Below, one piece after another: positions 23,406-33,863 of a stretch of DNA of 64,000 bases (position 1 is the first letter of the stretch; every line of letters begins with the position of its first letter). The position numbers and the translations under genes were made by a program. Location: contig JAJXVT010000001.1 in assembly GCA_021781995.1 (NCBI GenBank), forward strand, positions 70,171 to 134,170. Direction: 5' to 3'. The notes under the pieces are model-generated. The model searched no databases. It had not been told where the DNA came from and saw nothing but the letters and a program-made list of their open reading frames with translations. This DNA is from a bacterium. GTDB lineage: Bacteria > Chlamydiota > Chlamydiia > Chlamydiales > SM23-39.

Positions 23406-23942
23406 TCAAGTAAGCTGATAAAAGCTGAGGGCTGTGAGTAAATGGCCGTCGATGGCACTTGCTTTTGCAATTTCTTCTTGAATTTCAGCTTGCGTTTTCC
23501 ATACGGGTTCGATGAATTCAAACGGATCGAGTTTTTGTTTTGAGACTAGATAGACATTTTTTGCTAAAAGAAAATAGACTTTTTGATCTGACAGCGCAGG
23601 GATCGGATGGCATGCGCCCATGAGTGTTATGTCGTCGGATGTGTATCCGGTTTCCTCAAGTAATTCTCTTTTTCCGCCAATCAAGGGATCTTCTCCTGTT
23701 TCTAATTTCCCTCCAGAACAACTTAAGATATAGCCGTTGATCGGATGGCGATATTCTTTTGTTAAAAGAAATTTTCTCTCTTTTGATATACCCAAAATGA
23801 CCACGGCGGGATTGGGCAGTGAATAATAGGTATAAGTTGTCTGCTCGCCATCATTTTTTTCAATCGTGTCGCAGTTTAGGTTAAGATAGCCTTCGTAGAG
23901 GATTTTTTTATCAATTGTCTTTGGCTTTTGCATGTTTCCCAA
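23406..23942 (-). CDS. Nudix hydrolase (ADP-ribose pyrophosphatase-like)
   Basis: Nudix box GGKLETGEDPLIGGKRELLEETGY. Confidence 0.9.
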   Translation of the reverse strand: MGNMQKPKTIDKKILYEGYLNLNCDTIEKNDGEQTTYTYYSLPNPAVVILGISKERKFLLTKEYRHPINGYILSCSGGKLETGEDPLIGGKRELLEETGYTSDDITLMGACHPIPALSDQKVYFLLAKNVYLVSKQKLDPFEFIEPVWKTQAEIQEEIAKASAIDGHLLTALSFYQLT

Positions 23943-26718
23943 TTGCTTTATGAAATAAATCGATTTGTCGATAGAGTTCTTTTTTTTCCCACCAAAACGC
24001 TTTTTTGCCCCAGCCTTCTTTTTCGTTGATTCTTCCGGTGAGAAAATAACTGGGTAGGGCGGTTGTGGGTGGATAAGGGGTTTCTAAAATGTCTCCAAAA
24101 TGGGCAATTGCCGCATCTTTTCCAACGGTTGCATAAAGAAGGCTGCCATAGGGAAAATGCAGTGGAGATTGCTCTTTTTTTAACAAATTGGCTGGTAGCT
24201 CTGCAGCGTAGCGCTGCGCGCTTTCCCATTCTTTGCCCAGCAATAGTGTCCAAAGTTTCAAAGCGTCAAAATAGGGTTTGAGATCGGGTGGAATCTTGGC
24301 TTTGCCAAGAGAGCTCAATAGTTCTTGCGCGCCAAGGAGGTTTTCTTGTCTGAGCGCGCTTTTTGCAAGATAAAGGACGGTTCGAGCTTCCGGCATATGC
24401 AGCGACGCTTTACTATTTTTAAGTAATCCTTTGATTTCTTGCTGGTTGTTTTGCAACGCGATATTGAGGAAGCTGCGGCGGCTTTGCGAAATGCATCCTG
24501 TAGGAATGGAGTTAAGAATTTGTTTTGCTTCATCGAATGCTTCGAGTTCAAGAAGGCAATGCAGGGTGTTGCAAAGGGTAATTTCTTGTTCAGGTAGATT
24601 GGGAATGAGCTGCTTGGCTATTTCAATTAAGATGGGAACCTTAGCTAGCCAAAATGCCAATTGAATTGCGATTTGTGTAAGCCCGGGCGCTTTTTCAATG
24701 AAGGGGAGGGGTTCCCAGTTTTGCTGCAAGCTTTCAATGAGGTCTCTCGTATCTGGGTTGTCTAGCAATTCCGGAATATGGCGGATAGAAAGCAATATGA
24801 TGCGATAGGCAGTTTCTCGATGATTCAAAGAGCTTTCATGCATGCGATAAATGATATGCTCTTTTAAAATGGCCAGCAACGGGTGCTTTGGGAATTTACG
24901 CAAGGCAAGCTCTAAACATTTCGCCTCTTCTTCAGCGTCGCCGATCGCTTCGTAAACAAGAGATTTTCCCAAGTATTCTAGCGGCGCTCCGGGCGTTTTA
25001 TATAAATGTTCGAATTCTTTGAGAGCTAGGTGAAAAAGCTGGTCTTGCAATGTTTTTTGTTTTTCGTTTTTCCCTTGCTCAAGAAGAGTGAGCCCCGCTC
25101 TAAACAAAGCTTCTCTACCTTCGACGCGTCCTGGAAACGAGGTCCCAATTCTGCGGTATTCCTGTAAAGCGACTTCATATAATTTGCGGCTTAAAAAGGC
25201 ATTGGGTACTGCCAGACAGTTGACGGTAACGTGGTTGCTGCCATCAAAAATCTGCCAATTTCTGATTTCAAATTTTTCGTCTTTCGATAAAAGTCCAATG
25301 CGGTTGCCGGCAAGAGGTAAGTGGCTGGCGAAACTCAATTTCAATTTGCCGTTGAGGTAAAACTTCAGGTGATCATCCATTTTTTCAATTCGCACAGTAT
25401 GCCAGGATTTGGGAGCTAGATATAATTTACCTGCCTCCATGAGTTGCACGTTGTTGCGATAGAGCTTGCAAGATGGGTGCGATTCTGAGCCAAGCCAAAT
25501 GCAGTAACCTTCTTCTAGGCTATTTTGGCTAATGGGCGCGGGAATGCTCAAAAGCAGGCCTATGCCTTCGCTTTTTTGCCCCATTTTCACTTCTAGCTGC
25601 AGCATCACATTGTCTTGCATTTCTGCTTGAGCTATGCAAAGCGCCGCCCATTGCGTCACGTCTAGGCTGCGGCTGATTGCCAAATGTTTGGCGAGCAATA
25701 CGTTTTCTTGTAGCAACCAATCTTCTTTGTTGTTGAGATCGAGTTGCGCCGATAGAGACCACTCGGGGCGGCCTTCGATGTAATTTTTTAGCTCTTGAAT
25801 CAATTCGGCAACGCTTTGAAATCTCTGAGAGGGGGCGGGAATGAGGCTTTTATTACAGATGGCAGCTAGTTGCTGCGGAATTTCACGGTACGGCGCCATT
25901 TCCGTCGGATCGACCATGCGCTCTTGTCCTACTTGTTTTCGGAAAGAGGAGAGGGTTTTGCGTTGAAATGGGAGCTGTAAGGTAAGCATTTGATATAAAA
26001 CAACGCCCAGAGCGTATAAATCTGTTTGCACAGAAGAGGATTGACCTTTGAGCCGTTCAGGCGCCATATAGGCTAAAGTACCTGTGATTTTTCCCGGACG
26101 AGTGAGATCTTCTAAGCCCTCGCGTACACGTGTTTCGGGAAACTTCTCATCGCTGTCAAGACTGTCGATAAAGTCGGCTATCCCCCAATCGAGAATCATC
26201 ACTTCGCCATATTTTCCAACAATGATATTTTCCGGCTTTAGATCGCGATGCAAAATGCCCTTCGAATGCGTATAAGCAATCGCTTCGCATACTTGCAAGA
26301 AAATACGGGCCAAAGCGGGTATAGAGCGGCCGATGGGATGCAAAGGCTCGCCCGCTTTTTCTTGGTCGCGTGTTGTGCGTATGATTTGGCGCAGCGTTTG
26401 GCCTTCGACATAGGGCATTGTGTAATAAATGTCGGGCGGATCCATGTGCAGAGTTAAAATCGGCACGATGGAGGGGTGGGTAAGCGAACTTGCCACTTTT
26501 GCTTCGCGCAAAAATCGCCGTCGTATCGTAATGCTTTTTTGCAATTCGGGTTTGATGCGCTTGAGGGCTACCTTGCGGCCGCAATCGGGGTCCAGCGCTA
26601 AAAAAACTTCGCCCATGCCGCCGCGACCTAGGCTCTCTAGGATTTGGTATGACCCAATTTTGGCAGGAATGGATAATTTAACAGGTGCTTTTTTCTTATC
26701 GTTCACGACAAAGGTCAT
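23911..26718 (-). CDS. pknD: Serine/threonine protein kinase PknD
   Basis: LGRGGMGEV, VALK, HRDLKPEN, DWG and GTLAYMAPE; long helical C-terminus; near valS as in Chlamydia. Confidence 0.88.
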   Translation of the reverse strand: MTFVVNDKKKAPVKLSIPAKIGSYQILESLGRGGMGEVFLALDPDCGRKVALKRIKPELQKSITIRRRFLREAKVASSLTHPSIVPILTLHMDPPDIYYTMPYVEGQTLRQIIRTTRDQEKAGEPLHPIGRSIPALARIFLQVCEAIAYTHSKGILHRDLKPENIIVGKYGEVMILDWGIADFIDSLDSDEKFPETRVREGLEDLTRPGKITGTLAYMAPERLKGQSSSVQTDLYALGVVLYQMLTLQLPFQRKTLSSFRKQVGQERMVDPTEMAPYREIPQQLAAICNKSLIPAPSQRFQSVAELIQELKNYIEGRPEWSLSAQLDLNNKEDWLLQENVLLAKHLAISRSLDVTQWAALCIAQAEMQDNVMLQLEVKMGQKSEGIGLLLSIPAPISQNSLEEGYCIWLGSESHPSCKLYRNNVQLMEAGKLYLAPKSWHTVRIEKMDDHLKFYLNGKLKLSFASHLPLAGNRIGLLSKDEKFEIRNWQIFDGSNHVTVNCLAVPNAFLSRKLYEVALQEYRRIGTSFPGRVEGREALFRAGLTLLEQGKNEKQKTLQDQLFHLALKEFEHLYKTPGAPLEYLGKSLVYEAIGDAEEEAKCLELALRKFPKHPLLAILKEHIIYRMHESSLNHRETAYRIILLSIRHIPELLDNPDTRDLIESLQQNWEPLPFIEKAPGLTQIAIQLAFWLAKVPILIEIAKQLIPNLPEQEITLCNTLHCLLELEAFDEAKQILNSIPTGCISQSRRSFLNIALQNNQQEIKGLLKNSKASLHMPEARTVLYLAKSALRQENLLGAQELLSSLGKAKIPPDLKPYFDALKLWTLLLGKEWESAQRYAAELPANLLKKEQSPLHFPYGSLLYATVGKDAAIAHFGDILETPYPPTTALPSYFLTGRINEKEGWGKKAFWWEKKELYRQIDLFHKAIGKHAKAKDN

Positions 26719-26778
26719 CCCAAATTTCTACAAAAGATGCAAGAAAAAAACGAGTTTATGCTATTGTTTTTCACAAAA

Positions 26779-27916
<1,138 letters not shown>

Positions 27917-27946
27917 TAACCAATTGCTTGCGTTTACAAAAAAAAC

Positions 27947-27975
27947 TTGACAAACAAAGCATTTTGGGATAAAAT
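27947..27975 (+). promoter_or_regulatory. Sigma66/sigma70-type promoter
   Basis: TTGACA-N17-TAAAAT just upstream of the small ORF. Confidence 0.75.
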
Positions 27976-27986
27976 TGACGTAGAGG

Positions 27987-28256
27987 ATGGTGAACATGAA
28001 TGCAGCTACGTTAAAGTTTACAGAACAATTGCTACAACAAATGCAAAATTCTGAGGCTCAGGTGGTTCAGGGGAATTCCGATCCTGCGGGAATAGGCAAT
28101 GCTGGTTTACAGATGATGCAAGGCCTGTCTGAATTGTGCGGCGCTATAGGAAATCCGGCTGCTTTAAAATCTATACTATTATCTCAAGTCGCTGGTATGA
28201 ACAACAGTTTTTTAAATCAGATGAACAACGGCACCAATACTAGCAGTATTGCTTAG
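27987..28256 (+). CDS. Small Q/N/G/A-rich hypothetical protein
   Basis: 89-aa ORF with its own promoter; GAGGA SD favours ATG at 27996. Confidence 0.7.
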   Translation: MVNMNAATLKFTEQLLQQMQNSEAQVVQGNSDPAGIGNAGLQMMQGLSELCGAIGNPAALKSILLSQVAGMNNSFLNQMNNGTNTSSIA

Positions 28257-28272
28257 TGATTTTTTCGTTGTT

Positions 28273-28301
28273 TTGACAAAAAAATATTATTAATATATAA
28301 T
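28273..28301 (+). promoter_or_regulatory. Exact consensus sigma66/sigma70 promoter
   Basis: TTGACA-N17-TATAAT. Confidence 0.85.
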
Positions 28302-28319
28302 TAAAACAGTGAGGTGTGT

Positions 28320-28562
28320 ATGACTCCAGCCCAGTTACAAAGATACTTGTTGATTGAACAAGAGTTAGCCGTTGCTCAACAAACGGTTCAGGGGATACAT
28401 TCAGGAAGCAGTCATTCTCCGATAGGGACTGTAAATCAGAATCCGCTGACGACCGATCCATTATCACGGAATAATGACGTCAGCACGATTACAGCTGGGT
28501 CATTGTTAGCTGGCGTTCATGCCATGAATAATGCAGTCTTGAACGTTGCTAATCACGCTTAA
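28320..28562 (+). CDS. Small hypothetical protein, probable paralog of the upstream ORF
   Basis: GAGGTG SD before ATG at 28320; shares an LLxxVxxMNNxxLN C-terminal motif with the upstream ORF. Confidence 0.7.
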   Translation: MTPAQLQRYLLIEQELAVAQQTVQGIHSGSSHSPIGTVNQNPLTTDPLSRNNDVSTITAGSLLAGVHAMNNAVLNVANHA

Positions 28563-28609
28563 GTTTACAACAGCTCAAGTTAGCTAAAACGGCGCTAAGA
28601 ATTTAATTT

Positions 28610-28993
28610 TTAGCGCTGAGATTTATCTTTTTCGTCCACCTCATGTGATATATCTTCTTCTTTTTCTTCTTCGGTTTCTCCTAATACGGCTATAAATTCC
28701 TGAAAAACAAGATAAATTGCGCCTAGCGTGAATAGAACGGGAAGAAAGATTTGCCAAGAAATATCGTATGAAACTGTGACAAAAGTTCCCACAAATACAA
28801 TTAAAGAAATGAAGGTGTCATAAGAGCGGCCTAAGAGGTATTGGCGCAAGGAAAAGGGCAAACCGATTGCAAGCATGATTCCAGGCCACCAATGATTAGT
28901 GAAGATTAAAATAGAGAGATTGATCGCAAAAAGAACTGTAGAAAAATATAAAGCTCGCTTGCGCGAAGATAACTGATGAATCATGGCGTTCAC
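28610..28993 (-). CDS. Small multi-pass membrane protein with acidic tail
   Basis: About four hydrophobic segments, WWPGIML motif, AGGAG SD. Confidence 0.7.
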   Translation of the reverse strand: MNAMIHQLSSRKRALYFSTVLFAINLSILIFTNHWWPGIMLAIGLPFSLRQYLLGRSYDTFISLIVFVGTFVTVSYDISWQIFLPVLFTLGAIYLVFQEFIAVLGETEEEKEEDISHEVDEKDKSQR

Positions 28994-29127
28994 TCCTGCT
29001 TACTGTTTGCGCAGCGTAGCATGAACTTAGCACACTGTCAAGTCGTGCAGGACAATCGCGTCCATATAATTGTGTAAATTCAGATCGATGACTCAAAAAA
29101 ATGGTGAGTCATTCATCGTTCTGTTAG

Positions 29128-29670
29128 TTAGGACAAACTCCTTGCTAATGAAGATGTGGTTTGTCTTAAAATTATTATCTTAAATATGGCTTCGACGCCT
29201 TTATAGTTCGTCCACAAATACATCGATGCATTCCACAACAGTTCTGGGGTGAAGCTTGAAAAGAACGCTTGCAATATTTGTATATTTGATTCGAGGAACT
29301 GGTCAGAAGTTATTCCTTTTTTGAGGAAAAAATGGCGTATCATGCCAATTGACTGAATTATTGATGCCGCAAAAGAGCTGATCGAAGCTTCAACAAAAGG
29401 TTCTATTATTCTGTTTTGACCGACTAAACCAAATATAGACCATGTTACGAGCGAGAACGCAGCTTTTGCTAAGAAAAAGGGCACACTAGATATATAAATA
29501 GCGCCCCTGATTACTTCGAGTGGTTTTCCTATAAATAATGGGATAAACTCGATAGATTGCAATCGGGATAAAGCAGCTGAAGCTATGCGTTTTGTTAATG
29601 AGATCGACTCGCTTGAGTCTCTCGCTGTGGATGTGGTGGGGGTAATCAAAGCGGGGATAGCAGCAGTCAT
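29128..29670 (-). CDS. Hypothetical protein with hydrophobic segments
   Basis: 180-aa ORF, GAGG SD, Ser/Thr-rich N-terminus. Confidence 0.6.
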   Translation of the reverse strand: MTAAIPALITPTTSTARDSSESISLTKRIASAALSRLQSIEFIPLFIGKPLEVIRGAIYISSVPFFLAKAAFSLVTWSIFGLVGQNRIIEPFVEASISSFAASIIQSIGMIRHFFLKKGITSDQFLESNIQILQAFFSSFTPELLWNASMYLWTNYKGVEAIFKIIILRQTTSSLARSLS

Positions 29671-29781
29671 ATAAACCTCTCTTAATTAAAATAAATTTTA
29701 TCATATAATATATATACTTGAAAAGTGTTTAATTTATAGAGCAAATTGCAAAATTTCTTTACCTGGAAAATGCTTTAGTTT

Positions 29782-29827
29782 ATAGAGGTAGTTCTCTAAT
29801 TGCGCGCAATTAGAGAACTACCTCTAT
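29782..29827. repeat. Perfect 46-bp palindrome carrying the element termini
   Basis: ATAGAGGTAGTTCTCTAATTGCG|CGCAATTAGAGAACTACCTCTAT. Confidence 0.9.
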
Positions 29828-29849
29828 TGGTTGACAACCCCTTAAAGCT

Positions 29850-31535
29850 TCAGTAGCTGATGTTTAAGCTAAGATGGAACCTGCCCAATTCATGATCCTG
29901 CGGGATTCCACGCAGTTGAAATCCATATTCTAGTTTGGCGGCCATATAGGGGATAATGCTATAATGCACCCCAGATCCAATTCCCATTAATTGCTGCCAA
30001 TGAAATTGAGGTGAAACATAAGAATAATTCTGTCCCCATCCATAATCAAAAAAAGCTAAAAAGGAAAGTTCATTCGGGAGTGAAGCAAATAAAGAATAAT
30101 TAGGTGTATAAAGTTCCAGATTTGCGCAGATGGCGTTATCAGCAACAAATTGTTGTTCGTAATACCCGCGCACAGTATCAGCTCCGCCTAAACCAAATTG
30201 TTCGCTAGTAGGAAGCGTATTAGAAGCTAACTGGCCACGAAAAACTCCATGACAAACCCAGCCATTTTCAAATTGATATCGATTGTCGATAGAGGCTTGA
30301 AGATAAGCGTAGCGCACATGGCTGCCGGGACGTTGCAAGTTATAGTCGAATGTAGTCTGAAAGGGAAGCCAGTTTTTCCAAAGTGAGGCATAGCCGTTTA
30401 CTTTAAATGTCAATGCGTCCGTTGGCCATTTTTGCAGCAATTCATACTCAGCATAAAATTGCGTTAAATTGATAGTTTGATTTGGGGTAACCCCAGCTTC
30501 TGCCGCATTACCTACGAAAAAATAAGCGCTGGTGATGTATTTCCAGTCAAAACCAGCTGTTGCACTCGAACGGAAATTACCATAAAGGGGTCGAAATGGA
30601 ATTTGATAACGTGCCGAAATCTGAACGTTTTTTCCTTCAACGGAAAACCCTGTGACATTGGGGTAGACCACGCCATAACATGCAAACACATTGAGTTGAT
30701 GATGCCATGATAAAAATGAGGTGTAGCTAGCAAGAAAAGATTGGAAAGTATGAAAGTTCGGCGATGCTGTATATTGAAAGGCAAAAATATCGCCCAAATA
30801 AAACATGTTGCCGCAGCTAAAACCTCCATAAAATCGCGCTTGGTTGTTGAGTTTATAACCAGTGTTATCGGAACCTAAAAACGGTCGGATAATATATCGC
30901 TCTTTAGAAAGAAACTCTACAGAACTTGTGCCGGGTATGCTGCCAGGACTTAGAATTACTTGCATTTGGTGAAATGGATTGCGATTCATCCATGTAACGT
31001 AATCTAAGATGCTATTTTCAGTAATTGGATCTCCAGGTTTTAAAGTGCAACCGCGTGCTAAAGCCCCGGTATTAAAATAGCGCTGGCCAATGTATTGCAC
31101 TTGATCTAAAATTCCTTGAAAAATTTGCATGATTAGGACTTCGTCCTCTACTTGCTGCACTTGAATGACTACTGCAACATATCTTCCTTTTTTTCGATAA
31201 TAAGAAATTACGTCTTGTTTAATTGCATTTAAAATTTCTGGTGTTAATGGATGGTTTAGATAGCTTCTTAAATGTTCTTTTAATTCAGGTTCTTTCTCTT
31301 TTAACTCCAAATGAATTCCATGCTCGCGCTTGATGTTGTCAAGCGGCACACCTCCAGGAACTAAAATCAAGACCTCTATTAAGTACTTTGCGGTTTTAAT
31401 CGGACGAGTAATTTCCGGAGTTGCTACTGCAGGTAAGATCTGTTGCGTATCGCGAGTTGGTTCTTCGAGCGCAGGTATGTTAGCTGATAAAGAAGCTGTG
31501 GCAAATAGAAGACAAGATGCACAATGTTTTTTCAT
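29850..31535 (-). CDS. ShlB/FhaC/HecB (TpsB/Omp85-type) outer-membrane transporter
   Basis: Signal peptide, POTRA-like region (YYRKKG, SDNTG), EQFGLGGADTVRGY motif, AFFDYG, C-terminal aromatic residue. Confidence 0.85.
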   Translation of the reverse strand: MKKHCASCLLFATASLSANIPALEEPTRDTQQILPAVATPEITRPIKTAKYLIEVLILVPGGVPLDNIKREHGIHLELKEKEPELKEHLRSYLNHPLTPEILNAIKQDVISYYRKKGRYVAVVIQVQQVEDEVLIMQIFQGILDQVQYIGQRYFNTGALARGCTLKPGDPITENSILDYVTWMNRNPFHQMQVILSPGSIPGTSSVEFLSKERYIIRPFLGSDNTGYKLNNQARFYGGFSCGNMFYLGDIFAFQYTASPNFHTFQSFLASYTSFLSWHHQLNVFACYGVVYPNVTGFSVEGKNVQISARYQIPFRPLYGNFRSSATAGFDWKYITSAYFFVGNAAEAGVTPNQTINLTQFYAEYELLQKWPTDALTFKVNGYASLWKNWLPFQTTFDYNLQRPGSHVRYAYLQASIDNRYQFENGWVCHGVFRGQLASNTLPTSEQFGLGGADTVRGYYEQQFVADNAICANLELYTPNYSLFASLPNELSFLAFFDYGWGQNYSYVSPQFHWQQLMGIGSGVHYSIIPYMAAKLEYGFQLRGIPQDHELGRFHLSLNISY

Positions 31536-31647
31536 GACAAGGTCAATGTAAAAAAAACATTGATTTTTGACAATCCCTAAGGCGGGTGCAAATTTGAGTT
31601 GCTAGATTTTATGGAATATCCTACTTTTCCAAAAAAGGAGGTTCATT

Positions 31648-32052
31648 ATGCCTAGAGACAATGATCATAAATTCCCTGCCCGCCGCTTTTTCAACTTTCC
31701 ATTTTTGGAAGATGAGCTCGATCCCATGGGAACGTCGGGATTGTCCGTATTTGAAGATAAAAAGCATGTTTGCGTAGAGGCCGATCTTCCGGGTTTAAAA
31801 CCAGAAGATGTCGAAGTGACATTCGAGAAAGGCATGCTGTTGATTCGCGGAGAACGTGCAGAAGAACAAAAAGATCCCGACAAAAAATATTATCGAAAAT
31901 CTTCGCATGCTTTTTCTTATCAAGTGCAAGTCCCGGGAACAATTGATGAAAAAGATGAACCAGAAGCGATTTATAACAATGGGGTCATGAAAATTTCTTT
32001 TCGCAAATCAGAAGCTTCACACGCCAAGAAAATCAATGTGAAAACAAAGTGA
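31648..32052 (+). CDS. Hsp20/alpha-crystallin small heat-shock protein
   Basis: VEADLPG, LLIRGER and A-x-YNNGVMKI motifs; AGGAGG SD. Confidence 0.92.
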   Translation: MPRDNDHKFPARRFFNFPFLEDELDPMGTSGLSVFEDKKHVCVEADLPGLKPEDVEVTFEKGMLLIRGERAEEQKDPDKKYYRKSSHAFSYQVQVPGTIDEKDEPEAIYNNGVMKISFRKSEASHAKKINVKTK

Positions 32053-32924
32053 ATACCACAAATAAAATGATTCGTTTTATTGTTATTTCTTTATTATTTA
32101 CTTTTCAAGCGATAGCTGACGATGATATTGGTAAAATCATAGCTCTTGACGGCGTTGTAAACGCCGTCAGATTGCAAGAAGCGACACGTGTGTTGCAAGT
32201 GGATTCATTGATATACGAAAATGATATCATTACAGTGAATGATAATGCGCGTGCTCAAATCGGTTTCACCGATGGCAGTATCGTAAATTTAATTCCGCAA
32301 ACGACATATCAAATCCTAAAATATAGATATCGATTTCCCTTCCTTAAAGATCACTTTGTAGCAAAAATCAGCAGAGGCGGTATCAACAGTTTAAGCGGCT
32401 CCATAGCTAAAAAAAATCCAGATGGAGTTTTGGTTGAAACTCCTACAGCTACGCTTGGGATCAGAGGGACTATCTTTCAAATTAATGTAGTTGGAAACAA
32501 TTCGTTTTTTGGGTGTAGTTTAGGAGAAATTTCCATTCAAAATAAAAATGGAGCTCAAATTTTGGGCCCTGCTGAACAATTTACATTTGCAAGAGTTCCT
32601 TCCCAATCTAATAAAATTGTTTTATTATCGACACGGCCGCCAGCGCTCGAAACTTCGTTGTTTGTTCCTCCAACAAGAGGTCTGGATTTAGAAAAAATTG
32701 CAATCAACCCGAATTTAGGACCTTACCCACCAAGCTCTCGGCCTTCTAAAAGCAATGCGCCGGCATTAAAAACTCAAGCCCCTCCTGCTCCTAAAACTCA
32801 AACGAAAACCGCTCCACAGGCAGCACCCAGTATCATAGAAACTCCTTCAGAGGGAACGGGTCAGCCTCCAGCTGAACTATCGCGCCCGCAAAAAGGTTCA
32901 AGCGTTCAGTCGGGCAGCTGTTAG
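32049..32924 (+). CDS. Secreted FecR-domain protein with Pro/Thr-rich tail
   Basis: Signal peptide, FTDGS and VETPTATLGIRGT motifs; start overlaps the hsp20 stop. Confidence 0.75.
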   Translation: MNTTNKMIRFIVISLLFTFQAIADDDIGKIIALDGVVNAVRLQEATRVLQVDSLIYENDIITVNDNARAQIGFTDGSIVNLIPQTTYQILKYRYRFPFLKDHFVAKISRGGINSLSGSIAKKNPDGVLVETPTATLGIRGTIFQINVVGNNSFFGCSLGEISIQNKNGAQILGPAEQFTFARVPSQSNKIVLLSTRPPALETSLFVPPTRGLDLEKIAINPNLGPYPPSSRPSKSNAPALKTQAPPAPKTQTKTAPQAAPSIIETPSEGTGQPPAELSRPQKGSSVQSGSC

Positions 32925-32938
32925 TAACCGCGATCGCT

Positions 32939-33859
32939 TTAAAGCCAACGTTTGCGACGAAATAAAGAAACCGCAATGGCTGAAAAAATTGCGGTGATTG
33001 CAATAACAAACCAAAATGAATGAGTGGATGTTTGCAAAGGAAGTATTACATTCATTCCATAAAACGATGAAATAATAGCGGGAATGGTGAAAATCACGGT
33101 GAGCGCTGTCAAAAGTTTAATGGTGCGATTGACATCGTTTGTGAAAATGATTTGATAGGAGTCTCTAAGGGAACGAATGCTTTTGATATTCACCCGACAA
33201 ACGTCCTCAGATTGACGTATGGCAATCATCAAATCTTGCAAAAGATCTAAATCTTTTTCGTAAAAATGAATGCGCCTTTCACTGAAAAGAGTTTCTAAGA
33301 CATTGCGCATAGGAACTAAAGCTGTCAAATATTGATTCAAGATTTCTTCGTTTTTGGTTAGCAAAATAATCACGTTGCTGTCGACTGCTTTCATAACTTG
33401 TTCATGGTCTAAAATTGCGTGGCGTACTCGTTTAATATTGTTATTGTAATCCTGAGTAATTTTCAAAAGAATATGCAATAAAAGCTTGCCTTTTTGGGTG
33501 GTTCCTAACTGAGTCGTTGCTAACAAAAGCTGCTCAACAATTTCACTGCGATGCGGAGAAATTGTAATTACATATGAATTTGTAAGAATTATCGTAAGAG
33601 TAGCTGTATAAAGTCCAAATTCAAGTTCACTCGGGTGGCGAATGAAAAATAAGATGTCCTCATTGACTCTTTCTGTCCGAGGAAGTTCATATTTATCGAG
33701 GCTATCTCGAATATGCGCAAGTTCTAACCCTGTTAATTCAGAAATTTTATTTAGATCTTCTAGGGTTGCTTCTTTCACATAAATCCAACTTCCTATGCGG
33801 AATTCTTCGATTTGATTAAAAGAAGTATCGCGAATTGTCTTAAAGTAAATTTCAATCAT
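32939..33859 (-). CDS. corA: CorA family Mg2+ transporter
   Basis: YGMN motif and two C-terminal TMs. Confidence 0.88.
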   Translation of the reverse strand: MIEIYFKTIRDTSFNQIEEFRIGSWIYVKEATLEDLNKISELTGLELAHIRDSLDKYELPRTERVNEDILFFIRHPSELEFGLYTATLTIILTNSYVITISPHRSEIVEQLLLATTQLGTTQKGKLLLHILLKITQDYNNNIKRVRHAILDHEQVMKAVDSNVIILLTKNEEILNQYLTALVPMRNVLETLFSERRIHFYEKDLDLLQDLMIAIRQSEDVCRVNIKSIRSLRDSYQIIFTNDVNRTIKLLTALTVIFTIPAIISSFYGMNVILPLQTSTHSFWFVIAITAIFSAIAVSLFRRKRWL

Positions 33860-33863
33860 ACTT

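Noticed and set aside
29027..29055. CIRCE-like TTAGCAC half-site; also looked for CIRCE upstream of hsp20
   Set aside because: The second half-site and spacing do not fit TTAGCACTC-N9-GAGTGCTAA.
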